From positions 1-64,000 of the forward strand of contig JBDRNJ010000027.1 of assembly GCA_043811375.1 (NCBI GenBank): 64,000 bases of DNA. The letters are read 5' to 3'. The DNA is from a bacterium (lineage in GTDB: Bacteria > Zixibacteria > MSB-5A5 > GN15 > FEB-12). The position numbers and the translations under genes were made by a program. Of the stretch, positions 1-9,429 are shown in pieces. The notes under the pieces were generated by a model. It did not search any database. It was not told the DNA's origin and saw only the letters and a list, made by a program, of their open reading frames with translations. Each line of letters begins with the position of its first letter. Positions within the stretch are counted from its first letter, which is position 1.

Positions 1-167
1 CCCCGTACTTACGACAGATTTCCTTCACCATTACACCAGCGTCGGCTTCCTTCAAAATCCCGACAATCTGGCTCTCGCTGTACTTCAACCGTTTCATAGA
101 CACCTCCTGGCTCTAATATGCCAAAAAGCTCTACTTTGAAATAGTCTACTATTTGGGGAAGCTTACG
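1..167 (-). mobile_element. Left end of an IS3-family element (orfA start at 97; runs off the window)
   Basis: The minus strand from 97 reads MKRLKYSESQIVGILKEADAGVMVKEICRKYG, a typical IS3/IS407 OrfA HTH, with RBS AGGAGG at ~102-108. A terminal-IR-like GTAAGCTTCCCCAAATAGTAGAC ends at ~166. Confidence 0.85.
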
Positions 168-182
168 CGGTGACAAATAATA

Positions 183-1370
183 TGTACTGAACGGTACTTG
201 ATTTGACAGTCATCTCCTCTGAGAGGTTTTGGTTATGCTGTCAGTTTTTCCTCACACGTCAGTTTTGCTTTTCTTGCCAATTCCAATCCGTCAATAAAGG
301 TCGCCATCGGGGTTCGGCCTTGACACCGTTTCCCCTGGTGAGTCCGCTCACTGTTGTAGAACTCCATCCATGAATCCAACTCAGCCTGAAGATCAACGGT
401 ATCGCTGAATATCTTCTTTCTGAAGATCGGTCTGTAGAACTCATCCAGAGCCGTCTTGTGAAACCGCTCGCAGATACCATTCGTCTGCGGATGCCTGGCC
501 TTGGTCCGGGTATGTTCGATCTCGTGAAGCTGAAGGTAGAGTTGGTAAGGATGCTTGTCAAGACGCCCACAGTACTCGGTCCCGCGATCAGTCAGGATAC
601 GCAGGATATCTACACCCTGTTCCTCAAAGAATGGTACGACTCGGTCATTGAGCGTGTCAGCTGTTGTCAGCGGTACTTTAGCCGTGTATAGCTTGGCAAA
701 AGCTACTGCCGAGAAGGTGTCGATCACCGTCTGCTGGTAGATGCGGCCGACCCCTTTGAGGTAGCCAACATAGAATGTATCCTGGGCCAGCAGATACCCC
801 GGGTGATGCGTCTCGATCTCATCAGGAACCGTCTCGCTCTCCCGACGAGCCTGCTCCAGTACTCTGAGTTGCTCCTCGGTGTATACCAGGCCTTCCTTGG
901 CTGCCTTCTCTTCCAGAGCCTTCAGACGCTTCTTGAATGTCTCCAGACCGTGCCGCAGCCAGATCGAACGAATCCCGCCGGACGAGATCAGAACACCCTG
1001 TTTCCGAAGCTCATTTGAGGCCCGAAGCTGACCGTAGGCCGGATACTCCAAAGCCATCTGCAACACCGCTTGTTCAATCTCAGGGGCTACCCGATTCTTA
1101 ATACACGGCTTGCGACGAGTCTTCTCCTTCAGCCCCTCTAAACCTTGACTCTCGTATGCTTTCCTGATATCGTAGAAATGCTGGCGGGAGCAACCGCTGA
1201 TGCGGCAAGCTTCAGATACGTTCTGGAGATATTCCCCCAGTTCCAGAAGGGTGAGTTTCTTCTGGACAAGTTTCTGTTGAGTGGTCATCGTTACCTCCGT
1301 AATGTTGTTCTCAGAGGTAAATGACCACTCGCTTTTTATGCAAGTGTCAACTCAAGTCCGTCCTGTCACA
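183..1370 (-). mobile_element. Complete IS481-family insertion sequence
   Basis: Imperfect 26-bp terminal IRs: TGTACTGAACGGTACTTGATTTGACA (183-208) and TGTCAACTCAAGTCCGTCCTGTCACA (1345-1370). Flanking direct repeat AATAATA at 176-182 and 1371-1377. Confidence 0.93.
233..1288 (-). CDS. IS481-family DDE transposase
   Basis: N-terminal HTH (NVSEACRISGCSRQHFY) and rve core (QDTFYVG...TDRGTEY...PQTNGICERFHKT). Confidence 0.95.
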   Translation of the reverse strand: MTTQQKLVQKKLTLLELGEYLQNVSEACRISGCSRQHFYDIRKAYESQGLEGLKEKTRRKPCIKNRVAPEIEQAVLQMALEYPAYGQLRASNELRKQGVLISSGGIRSIWLRHGLETFKKRLKALEEKAAKEGLVYTEEQLRVLEQARRESETVPDEIETHHPGYLLAQDTFYVGYLKGVGRIYQQTVIDTFSAVAFAKLYTAKVPLTTADTLNDRVVPFFEEQGVDILRILTDRGTEYCGRLDKHPYQLYLQLHEIEHTRTKARHPQTNGICERFHKTALDEFYRPIFRKKIFSDTVDLQAELDSWMEFYNSERTHQGKRCQGRTPMATFIDGLELARKAKLTCEEKLTA

Positions 1371-1843
1371 AATAATATCTCAAGGACAACTTGATCACGA
1401 AGACGCCTGAACTTGTCTCTCTGAAAGCGGGCTTTGTTTACATAAGCATGGGCAGTCTCAAGAAGATTAGTTACTTCTTCAATTGATATCACTCTTGGTA
1501 GTCGCTTACATGTCTTGTACCTCTTATTAAGGGAGGCAGTGGGTTGATTCTTTATGAGTTTTTCATCTCGAAGAAATGCATAGAACACCTTCAGAACCGC
1601 AATCTTTCTTTTTATGGATGAGTACTCCAGACCTGATTGCTCCAAGTGGAGAATATAGTGGCGGATATCATCGGTACTTAGAAAGTGTAGCGGTTTCCTA
1701 TGGAAAAACCGTCGACACCCGACTAAGTCACACCTGTACGCCTTCAAGGTTCTCTGACATAAGTTCTTTTCTGCCTTTGAAGCTCGAAGAAAGTACTCTA
1801 CTAGGTCAACTCCTTCCAGTTCTCGCAGTTTCTTGTTTATCAT
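1352..1843 (-). pseudogene. XerD-like tyrosine recombinase, N-terminal part, interrupted by IS481 and IS3
   Basis: SAM-like N-domain (TLKAYRCDL...SSIKRKIAVLKVFYAFL), KRLPRVIS, then RDQVVLEILFVT, which is cut off just before the catalytic Arg. RBS AGGAGG at ~1853. Confidence 0.88.
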
Positions 1844-2083
1844 CAGTCAGTTCCTCCTGTTAAAGTACATGTAGACATGATCGACAAATGCCGCAGGTGT
1901 ATGAAATGGGAGGAATGCCAGAGGATGACCTTTCGTGGTAGCCTCATTTTCTCGGACGGGATAGTGATGGTGATGAGTTGTCCACGTCAAGCCGCGGGTG
2001 GAAAGCACAAGATGTCTTTTGGTTACCCCTGAATAAGTTGACACGCCTGAAGCTCCCCGGCCAGGTACCAGAATCGGTTCGGG

Positions 2084-2470
2084 CTACATTTTACCAGAGC
2101 TGGGTAAGGAGTAATTATCAGACTCAGTAGTTATCAGGCTGTTCTCCACAATCTCAGGTGCGATATGTTTTGGTGCGCCAAATATTCTTGCGTTCGGAGA
2201 CGAGTGAGACTTTGTCATGAAGTCCAGATCGATGATCTTTACTCTTGGTTTTTGGAGTGACGTGTTGACGAGCACATTGCCCAGTTTAAGGTCACGATGC
2301 ACAAGTCCCAGCACGTGAAGGAAATCCACAGCTATACAGATGTCCAGAAGTAGCGAAGGGAAATGTTTCCAGAACATGTCTGGTGTAAGCGGCTGCCATC
2401 GATTCGTGTCAATATATGGGTACTCGACAACCAGAGTGTTTCCCTCGGAATAACTGGCTGTAGCTGTGAG
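2084..2470 (-). pseudogene. Ser/Thr protein kinase fragment
   Basis: HRDLKLGNVLV, KIIDLDF and GAPKHIAPE motifs. The frame extends upstream (VVEYPY) to an in-frame stop; the Gly-rich loop and most of the C-lobe are missing. Confidence 0.75.
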
Positions 2471-2617
2471 AATATCTTGGCACGCAGTTCAAGTGGATGT
2501 TTTTTGAATCGGTTTTGTGTTGGTCTTCATCCTGGACAACTTCTCTTCGATCCTTACCATCCTTCAATCTGATCAGGCCACCTCAGTCAGCTTCTGATCG
2601 AGTTTCTTCTTGGTTGC

Positions 2618-3019
2618 CTAACTCTCTGTAGATATGTCTTCATCGTAAACGTATTTCTCGAACGTCCTTGCCAGCGAGAGTGTCTGTTCTCCCTTCTCCT
2701 GGGGATCCAAGTCGAGATTTGCCATCACGTAAGCAGCCGACTTGACACAGCTCATTTTGGCGATACGCTGATCTCTGAGACGAAGATATTCTTCCCTTCC
2801 AGGCGGAGTTTCAGATCCGGCGCCAGCAACTGTTAGATCAGTGATATTCTTCCACTGGCCTGATTCCTTGTATTCGAAATCGATCGTATCGCCCTCACTG
2901 AACGCGTCGAAGTGGTCCTGGTCCCAGATTGAGTACATCTCACCATCGATCTGAACCCGCAGATACTCGTCGCCTCGTTTTGACGTTTCCCTTGAGATTT
3001 CTTCTACCTTTCCTTTCAT
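2618..3019 (-). CDS. Putative OB-fold nucleic-acid-binding protein
   Basis: Beta-rich N-terminus (KGKVEEI...YLRVQIDGEMYSIWD...EGDTIDFEY...WKNI) resembles an OB fold. RBS GGAGG overlaps the stop of the upstream gene. Confidence 0.6.
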   Translation of the reverse strand: MKGKVEEISRETSKRGDEYLRVQIDGEMYSIWDQDHFDAFSEGDTIDFEYKESGQWKNITDLTVAGAGSETPPGREEYLRLRDQRIAKMSCVKSAAYVMANLDLDPQEKGEQTLSLARTFEKYVYDEDISTES

Positions 3020-3023
3020 ACTG

Positions 3024-3524
3024 TTACCTCCCTAACTTTGATTTTAGATTAACGGCTAGATCATGAATTGCCGAGTTTCCAGGTCTGTAATTGCTTTCAC
3101 TTGAGGATCTGGAATCCGAAAACCTGAGGCCCAGTTTTGATATGAGTAACATCAATACCCAAGGTTTCAAAACGTATTCCGGTTCCTCAACAGGTTTGGT
3201 GAATACAAACTTACCAGCTTTAACTAGATCAGGTCTGACCCTCTTTTGAATGAAAACCTCTGCTTTACAGAGTCTTTTCAGGTTATTTCTGACTTGTATA
3301 AGGCCCGCTCTTATTCCTATTTGGTTTAGATGGAGCTGATACCAGATAGGATCAGCTCTGTTTCCTAAAACAATGCCTCGTAAACAGAGCTCGGAATTCT
3401 TGAGCGCCAGCGTAGTAAGTGCAATGCGCACCAACTCAGGGCTGACTTTTGTTGCTCGGTCAGAAATCGGCGTAGATCTGTTTCGGCCAGCCTTCGCTTT
3501 CAAGTCCGAGTTCCTTTTCCTCAT
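3024..3524 (-). CDS. Hypothetical basic protein
   Basis: 166-aa ORF coupled to 2618-3019. No SD; TATA-like TTAAATA about 24 nt upstream. Confidence 0.55.
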   Translation of the reverse strand: MRKRNSDLKAKAGRNRSTPISDRATKVSPELVRIALTTLALKNSELCLRGIVLGNRADPIWYQLHLNQIGIRAGLIQVRNNLKRLCKAEVFIQKRVRPDLVKAGKFVFTKPVEEPEYVLKPWVLMLLISKLGLRFSDSRSSSESNYRPGNSAIHDLAVNLKSKLGR

Positions 3525-4007
3525 GGATTACATTTGAGAGTCCTCAGTATTTAAGCATCGCGCGCGTAGGCTGCCTCCTTCCTAATCGCTGAATCGGATT
3601 ACTTCCTGAGTTGCCAGAGACCCAACATAGCCTTCTTGACATGGGCGGTTAACCAGATTGCTCACGATGCCCTCATCCGGCGGAGGAATCCAGATCCCTG
3701 TTCAATCCTCCCTGGCGAGTCAGGTCTCAACAGCCAGCCTGAGCAGCTTATTCAGCGTGTCCTGTTCATTCAGGCTTTCAAAGAACTTGCCGACATCGAC
3801 TGCAGTGTGATTGAGTTGCGGAGTCGTTTCTTCCCCTTCTTGGCGGTGTTCAAATCCGATCAGTTCGTCCAGAGAACAGCGGAGGGCCATCATACTGCTC
3901 TGGCACAGACTAACTAAACGTAAAACGGTAAGATCAGAGGACAAGAACCCGCGAAGAGACCTTTTTCAACAAGCGACTACACGCCACAAACCGTACCGCA
4001 TTGCCAC

Positions 4008-4036
4008 CGTATAGAATCAAGAATACAGTGCGTCAA
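4008..4036 (-). promoter_or_regulatory. Sigma70-like promoter
   Basis: TTGACG-17 nt-TATACG on the minus strand, upstream of a degenerate ORF at 3720-3944. Confidence 0.4.
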
Positions 4037-4132
4037 CCTGTTGTTTTCTCAGATGCCAATCTGATCAGCCTGGCGCGCTATGATGCCAAAGACGCAATCC
4101 CCGGGAGCACTGGGCACCTGGGTGCACAACAG

Positions 4133-4738
4133 CTACCTAATCAGGAGCATTTTCCTGCTCTCCGTGTACTCCCCTGCCGAGAGCTTGTAGAGGTAGACGC
4201 CGGTCGCTATGTCCGTTCCGTGCTGATCTTTTCCGTCCCATGTAACTCGCTTGTAACCGGCGCTCAGATTCTCGGAGAGCAAGACTGCTACCTTCTGGCC
4301 AACGATGTTGTAAACGCATAGGTTGACAAAACTGCGCTCCGGCAGTGTGAATTCAATCGTCGTTGACGGGTTAAACGGGTTGGGATAGTTCTGAGAAAGC
4401 TCGAAAGAAGCAGGCTGGTTTGCCGTCTCACAATCTTCCACCGGGGTGGGACTGCCGGGGGATAGATACCCCGAACCTGTGTAATGACCGGAACCCTCGT
4501 TGTCGATAACCGCCTCACCTATACCGGAGTGGATGGTGTAATTGGATGTTGAGCCAACCGCACCGCCGCTGTTGATCACAGCCCAATTGGCGGAATGCGA
4601 GGACGTTGAGGTAGACATACACGGCTGGCGATTCTGGGCGTCGGCAGAGATGCAGGCTATCATCACAACGCAGACCACAACAGAACTACAGACTAGAAGA
4701 GTCTCTTTGATGGTTGTACGCATGTCACATTTCTCCAT
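4133..4738 (-). CDS. Secreted protein with FlgD-Ig/T9SS-like C-terminal domain
   Basis: Signal peptide and C-terminal LSQNYPNPFNPSTTIEF...WDGKD...ATGVYLYKL...KMLLIR. Confidence 0.9.
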   Translation of the reverse strand: MEKCDMRTTIKETLLVCSSVVVCVVMIACISADAQNRQPCMSTSTSSHSANWAVINSGGAVGSTSNYTIHSGIGEAVIDNEGSGHYTGSGYLSPGSPTPVEDCETANQPASFELSQNYPNPFNPSTTIEFTLPERSFVNLCVYNIVGQKVAVLLSENLSAGYKRVTWDGKDQHGTDIATGVYLYKLSAGEYTESRKMLLIR

Positions 4739-4743
4739 AACAG

Positions 4744-6321
4744 CTACTCCACACCAATATGCTTACGGTGAGCAGCATATTTCTTATAATCGACACCATA
4801 TTCGTCACCCAAACCGAAGGCTTCGGGATGAATGTAGAGTCCTTGTTCATTCGCAGGCTTCTCTACTTCAACTTCAATTGGGTTGGCCTGCGCGAAAGCG
4901 TCCTTGCGGATTCCCGTCACCTGCCATGAAACTCGCATACCTGGCTGCCCTCCGGCGATCTCGAACATGTTTGCCTCTATTTCCTGAGAAATGTACACCG
5001 GAGCGTAACCACCGATGCAGGTCAATTGGTAACGGAAGTCCTTGTTCAGGGCCTCGAAGTACTCCGGCAACTCAACTATCGCTTCTCCCTTAGGGTCCAG
5101 CTCAACAACGCCATCGTACACGTTTTTCATATCGGGGCTTGCGACTGAACTGTGAACAAGATATTTGTTCTCCGGGTCGAGCGGATGATCGATTTTCAGC
5201 GTGCTCTTGCCACCGACCAGATTGCCCGAAACATACACATCTCCATCGAAATAGCCCGCCCAACCGGGGGAATTACCATAAACAGCTATACCTTGATCAG
5301 ACCAACCGGCGATTCCATATCCTTGCTCACTGGCGCTATATCCGGAAACGCCAGCAGCTTCAGGTGCCAAAGATTTCCCGTATACGCCATCCGAGCCCCA
5401 CGACTCCGCATACACGGCGTTACCAGTACCCTTGGTTAGTGCGTACACCGCGTAGTTCTCATTAGATGTCAGGTTGACAACGAACTTCCCTGCCGTGCCC
5501 CGGTGCTGGGTCGATACGTAAAGGGCTGGACCGTATACGTTTGGATTCAGGTGCTCAAGGCGCAGCGCCTCTCCTTCGCCGTGCTGTACTGCCTTAAACG
5601 CCGGCTGCCCGAGCGTGCAGTCCAGAACTGTGCCGCAGGCGACACCGCTTTCGACGTTCCCAATTACCCACGCGCTTCCATTCCACATCATCACCTGGCC
5701 AGCACTCGTTGCGCCATTCTGGTGTATGTTAGAAAACCGTATGGTCCCATCAGAGATATCCTCAAAGGTTACCGCGTCGTCTACAATCATAGAACTTGTA
5801 ATCGTGTTTGGTTCACCCTCTTCGACGAAAGCTGCACGGTCGGCCCCATCTAACTTATCAGCATTCAAGTTGACGTTCTGCACCCCGTTACTGATCGGTA
5901 CCTGCTCGGACAAATTACCCGGAACGTAACCTTGTAGCTCCTTTGTATTCATGCTATACGGTACGCTCGTCAGTTGTATTCGCGGTATTGGGTTGTCGTC
6001 CCCTTGGATATGCAGCTCAAGCCAGTATTGTCTGGACCAGTCTAGATCTGCCAGGCTGTTTTTTGTACCGAGCACAATACAGACGGTACCATCTGTTATG
6101 TTGCAGGTGTGCTCTTCCGACCACCATTGTGATCCACCCAGAGCAGCATCCCAAATCCTGAAAGTGATAGTGTACGAACCTGAGACGTTCTCGCCGTCGG
6201 CATCCCTTATGATGCCCTGATAGTTTATCGTACCGAAATCGTATTCGGCAGCCATAATGGATACCGAAATCACTGAAACGGCTACTACCGCCGCAATCCA
6301 TACTCTTAACGCTTGTTTCAT
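4744..6321 (-). CDS. Secreted fibre/adhesin-like protein with Gly-rich beta repeats and chaperone-like C-terminus
   Basis: Signal peptide, INYQG N-domain, repeated GVYG/AVYG units, and a KIDHPLDPENKYLVHSSV...YQLTCIG C-terminal domain. Confidence 0.8.
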   Translation of the reverse strand: MKQALRVWIAAVVAVSVISVSIMAAEYDFGTINYQGIIRDADGENVSGSYTITFRIWDAALGGSQWWSEEHTCNITDGTVCIVLGTKNSLADLDWSRQYWLELHIQGDDNPIPRIQLTSVPYSMNTKELQGYVPGNLSEQVPISNGVQNVNLNADKLDGADRAAFVEEGEPNTITSSMIVDDAVTFEDISDGTIRFSNIHQNGATSAGQVMMWNGSAWVIGNVESGVACGTVLDCTLGQPAFKAVQHGEGEALRLEHLNPNVYGPALYVSTQHRGTAGKFVVNLTSNENYAVYALTKGTGNAVYAESWGSDGVYGKSLAPEAAGVSGYSASEQGYGIAGWSDQGIAVYGNSPGWAGYFDGDVYVSGNLVGGKSTLKIDHPLDPENKYLVHSSVASPDMKNVYDGVVELDPKGEAIVELPEYFEALNKDFRYQLTCIGGYAPVYISQEIEANMFEIAGGQPGMRVSWQVTGIRKDAFAQANPIEVEVEKPANEQGLYIHPEAFGLGDEYGVDYKKYAAHRKHIGVE

Positions 6322-6395
6322 CAGTCTTTCTCCTATTCATGTAAATTCACTCGGCACCAATGGCCGTCGATCGGGAAGCTCATAGCCTGCCTTGC

Positions 6396-6716
6396 TCACG
6401 TACCCGGGAGAATAGGTATTCCCGACCAGAGTGATCGAATTGAGCAAGTAAAGAACCCGATGTCTCCCAGCCCAATGTCTGCTTCACTTCCATAAGACGG
6501 CACATTCTTACTGCCATCTACATTATCAAATCCGTCCTCGCCGGCCGAAGCACCCGCCGAGCCAACATCCGGAAAGTTAAGGGTGAAACCACCAGCCGTT
6601 GCTGATAGGAATCCACTTCTTCTGGAGCCCGATGGGTCCTGTCCATTAGCTGCAGCTGTACTCGCAATGAGCGATGACAACGCAAGAATCGTACGACAGA
6701 TTGCTGTTAAGTTCGT
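6396..6716 (-). pseudogene. Probable degenerate secreted-protein gene (ACG start)
   Basis: AGGAGG at 6722-6727, then ACG at 6716 in frame with a signal-peptide-like NLTAICRTILALSSLIASTAAA; early stop at 6396. Confidence 0.45.
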
Positions 6717-6776
6717 TCTTTCCTCCTGTAAAAAAGGGTTTCTGGTTATTCTTCTTTATGAGCCAATCTCTTACCT

Positions 6777-7502
6777 TCACGTATACAGTTTTTCAACCGC
6801 GGCTTTTCCTTCTGACTCAACAACACTGGCGTAAACCTGGGTAGTTCGTATTGACGCGTGACCCAATTGCTGCTGGACAAATCTGTAGTTGTAGTTGCTG
6901 GCTTTCAGGAGAAAGGTTGTGTAGGTGTGCCTGAGACAGTGTATGTAGTAGTAGCTGGATAAGCCGGCATCTCTTATGACATTTTTGAAGGCCTTCTGCA
7001 AAGCCCTTTTTGATATCCGACTGCCTTCAAGATTGTTCAGGAGAAAAGACTCCGAGTGTATATTGTATCCGAATCTTCTCTTGTACTCAATATAGTCGTG
7101 GCAAATCTTCTTAAAGCGGGAGCTGATCCATACTGGTCTTTTCTTATTGCCTTTACCCAGAACTACAATTGATGACCTGACATCATCGATGAGAAGATCG
7201 CCATGTTTTAGAGAAGCCATTTCACTGACTCTTAGGCCGGCATTCAGGCCGAGTTCTATCATGAACCAGTTTCTTATCTGGCTGAATCTATGATCCCGAA
7301 TCCCATTGCCTCTGACTTTTTTGCCGGCCAATCGCAGTCTATTTATTTCTCTCGTACTAAGGCATTTTCTTTCATCGATAATCCAGCCTGGCTTTGTCTT
7401 CACCTTCTTGGGGGGGTCACTTTTCATCAGTTTGGTGAACCTGGTAACAAGAGACATACATGATGGTAGATGCGAGAGCATATAAACACGTCGGTTGCTC
7501 AT
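6777..7502 (-). CDS. Small catalytic-domain-only tyrosine recombinase (likely start MKSDPP ~7428)
   Basis: Complete catalytic set: GLRVSE (R), GKGNKKR (K), HCLRH, LGHASIRTTQVY. No SAM-like N-domain. Confidence 0.92.
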   Translation of the reverse strand: MSNRRVYMLSHLPSCMSLVTRFTKLMKSDPPKKVKTKPGWIIDERKCLSTREINRLRLAGKKVRGNGIRDHRFSQIRNWFMIELGLNAGLRVSEMASLKHGDLLIDDVRSSIVVLGKGNKKRPVWISSRFKKICHDYIEYKRRFGYNIHSESFLLNNLEGSRISKRALQKAFKNVIRDAGLSSYYYIHCLRHTYTTFLLKASNYNYRFVQQQLGHASIRTTQVYASVVESEGKAAVEKLYT

Positions 7503-7681
7503 GGTGACAATTTCTTGGGCTACAAGAGGTTAGGTGGATGCACCGTAATCGAAGAAAGACACAGCGAATCGGGGAAGGGAAAGCCACTCAGTGGGGGGAC
7601 GGCTGGATTCTCTGCTGGCTGAAGCTTGAACCTTCACCATGGTTGGCAAGAAAGAAAAAATGGCCCGATAGTATGGTCGGT

Positions 7682-7820
7682 GGCTGGGTAGTTCAGGGGC
7701 CTGCTTGACCTAATTGAGCTAACTCCATGCCGGTTCAAGAAATACAGCACGAGACCGGACGGCATGAACGGTCAGTAGTGCCGGGAATCACCGATGGAAA
7801 CCTGAGCTTAGAACCTGGCT
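7682..7820 (+). ncRNA. Candidate structured RNA
   Basis: Nested stems GGCTGGGT/ACCTGGCT, AGTTCAGG/CCTGAGCT, CTGCT/AGTAG, TGACC/GGTCA and CATGCCG/CGGCATG. Non-canonical pairs are G-U on the + strand. Confidence 0.4.
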
Positions 7821-7881
7821 TTGAAGGAGTAACGGAGAAAGAAAAGAGGTTCATCTTTCTGATGAAAAGTGAACCTGTTGA

Positions 7882-7910
7882 AATATATCCATGACAGCGT
7901 GCTATGTCAA
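7882..7910 (-). promoter_or_regulatory. Sigma70 promoter pointing at the small recombinase
   Basis: TTGACA-17 nt-TATATT on the minus strand, followed by an imperfect palindrome AGGTTCA...TGAACCT (7847-7876). Confidence 0.65.
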
Positions 7911-8166
7911 GGTTTTTTGCACGATTACCTTCTTCGGCGGACGTGTGACTACCTAATCGCTATGCTGAGGGCAGCTGCCCAGAGAGTTTTGTTCACGTTA
8001 ACCAGCATATGGGCTTCCCCTAAAAAAAAATGGACACATAGTTATGTTGGGGTAACCAACTGTGCGATACCATCTTCGACCTACTCCTCGAGCATTTCCA
8101 CAGGCGGCCTAGCACCATCTTTGCACGCAAGCAACTGCTTGAAATACCCTGAGGTTGGCATAGCAT

Positions 8167-8188
8167 AAGCCAGCCGAAGCTGGCTTTT
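8167..8188. terminator. Hairpin terminator after ardC
   Basis: AAGCCAGC-CGAA-GCTGGCTT(TT). Confidence 0.6.
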
Positions 8189-8203
8189 GGAAGCGTGAGT
8201 GGT

Positions 8204-8995
8204 TTATACAGCTTCAAGGGCGTTTAAGATCGCGGCTGAAGTGGACTGTATGCGTTGGAGAGATTCAGCAAGCGTATCCTTGTCGCCATTGTAAAGCTGG
8301 ATGTAATCGCTGCAGGCAGTACCGGCATCAAACCCTATGGCATGGCAGACAACAAACGCTACTGCTTCAGCTTCGGTTTCTCTAACTGTCTTTGAGGCTC
8401 GCTCGCCTTCGCAGCGGTGAAGCAACTCGTGAGCTAGTTCATGCACCCGAACCTCAAAATCGTGAGCGGGTGGAAGATCTGTACGGATAGTTATCTTTCC
8501 TCCACTGGAGCACCCCTCGACTGTGAGTTCACTTGAATACTCGAGGGAGATTCCGCAGCTTGCGATGAAGGTATTCAGACGGTCATGGAATTCACCGGGA
8601 TTGCCGGCTACGTATTCCGGTTGAGGAAGAGGTTCGCCGTCGGTCTGGCTGACATCAAAAATGTGAACCGCTCGATAGCCGAGGACTTCGTACCCCTCGC
8701 ATTCAGGTTCAAGATCCTCGTCTTTTCTTCGGTTGGTGATAGGAGCGAGAATCATGATACCCTTCTCACCCTTTCTCACGAAGCGATCAAACTTGCGCCA
8801 AGTGTGAAAGCCTGCAACCTGGGTTGCATCTGGTCGTTGCATGGCAATGAGCATCAGGTTTCCAAAGCTGTACCGGTGAAACCGGCTCATGGCAGATAGG
8901 TAGGCTCGCAGCGTGTCGCTTTTCCCTGCTTCGAGCGCAGCAACTAACGACGTGAGGGCCTTGTCGGTGAGTTCTCTTGCTTTGTCCTTTTTCAT
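8204..8995 (-). CDS. ardC: ArdC-like antirestriction protein (ssDNA-binding domain + zincin)
   Basis: FHRYSFGN...VAGFHTW...RFVRKGEKGI N-domain, HELAH motif, ETEAEAVAF. Confidence 0.85.
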   Translation of the reverse strand: MKKDKARELTDKALTSLVAALEAGKSDTLRAYLSAMSRFHRYSFGNLMLIAMQRPDATQVAGFHTWRKFDRFVRKGEKGIMILAPITNRRKDEDLEPECEGYEVLGYRAVHIFDVSQTDGEPLPQPEYVAGNPGEFHDRLNTFIASCGISLEYSSELTVEGCSSGGKITIRTDLPPAHDFEVRVHELAHELLHRCEGERASKTVRETEAEAVAFVVCHAIGFDAGTACSDYIQLYNGDKDTLAESLQRIQSTSAAILNALEAV

Positions 8996-9429
8996 TTTGG
9001 TTCTCTTTCTGGAAACGGGTGTTTGGTTTCTTCACACAGGCGGGCGTGGGCCCCGAGCCGATGCTATGTGTCGCTGGATCATTGTGCGCTCGTACCAAGC
9101 GCAGACCGAAGCCTCGGATCGCTCGACCGGATGACCGTCCGCTGGCGGTAGTACAGGGGTTGCAGAAAGTGCTCTGGGTGTTATTAGGTAAGAACTGAGC
9201 AGATGCTGTCTGACTCTGAGGATGTGATGGACGCTTTTCTTTTGCGATAGTATTCTTGTGCCGGCGGGCAGCCTACGCGATTGCGCGGTCCCAGGTAACC
9301 GCAACCTTTTGATCGGAAGGTGGAAACGTCACCTTCACAAAACAGAAACAGACCCCGTGCAGGATGTGTCTCGTAGTTGAAGTCGGTCGTGTCGGAAGAG
9401 GCCGGTTTCCCGACCCCTCCTTGCCGCGG

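Noticed and set aside
3720..3944. HTH-like ORF fragment
   Set aside because: Only a weak ALRCSLDELIG resemblance with stops on both sides; cannot support a call.
7716..7760. Twister-ribozyme-like TAACTCC...GCCGGT..AAG
   Set aside because: The downstream conserved segment and pseudoknot partners are missing.
7859..7910. Hammerhead-like CTGATGA...GAAA
   Set aside because: Stems II and III do not pair; better explained by the palindrome and promoter.
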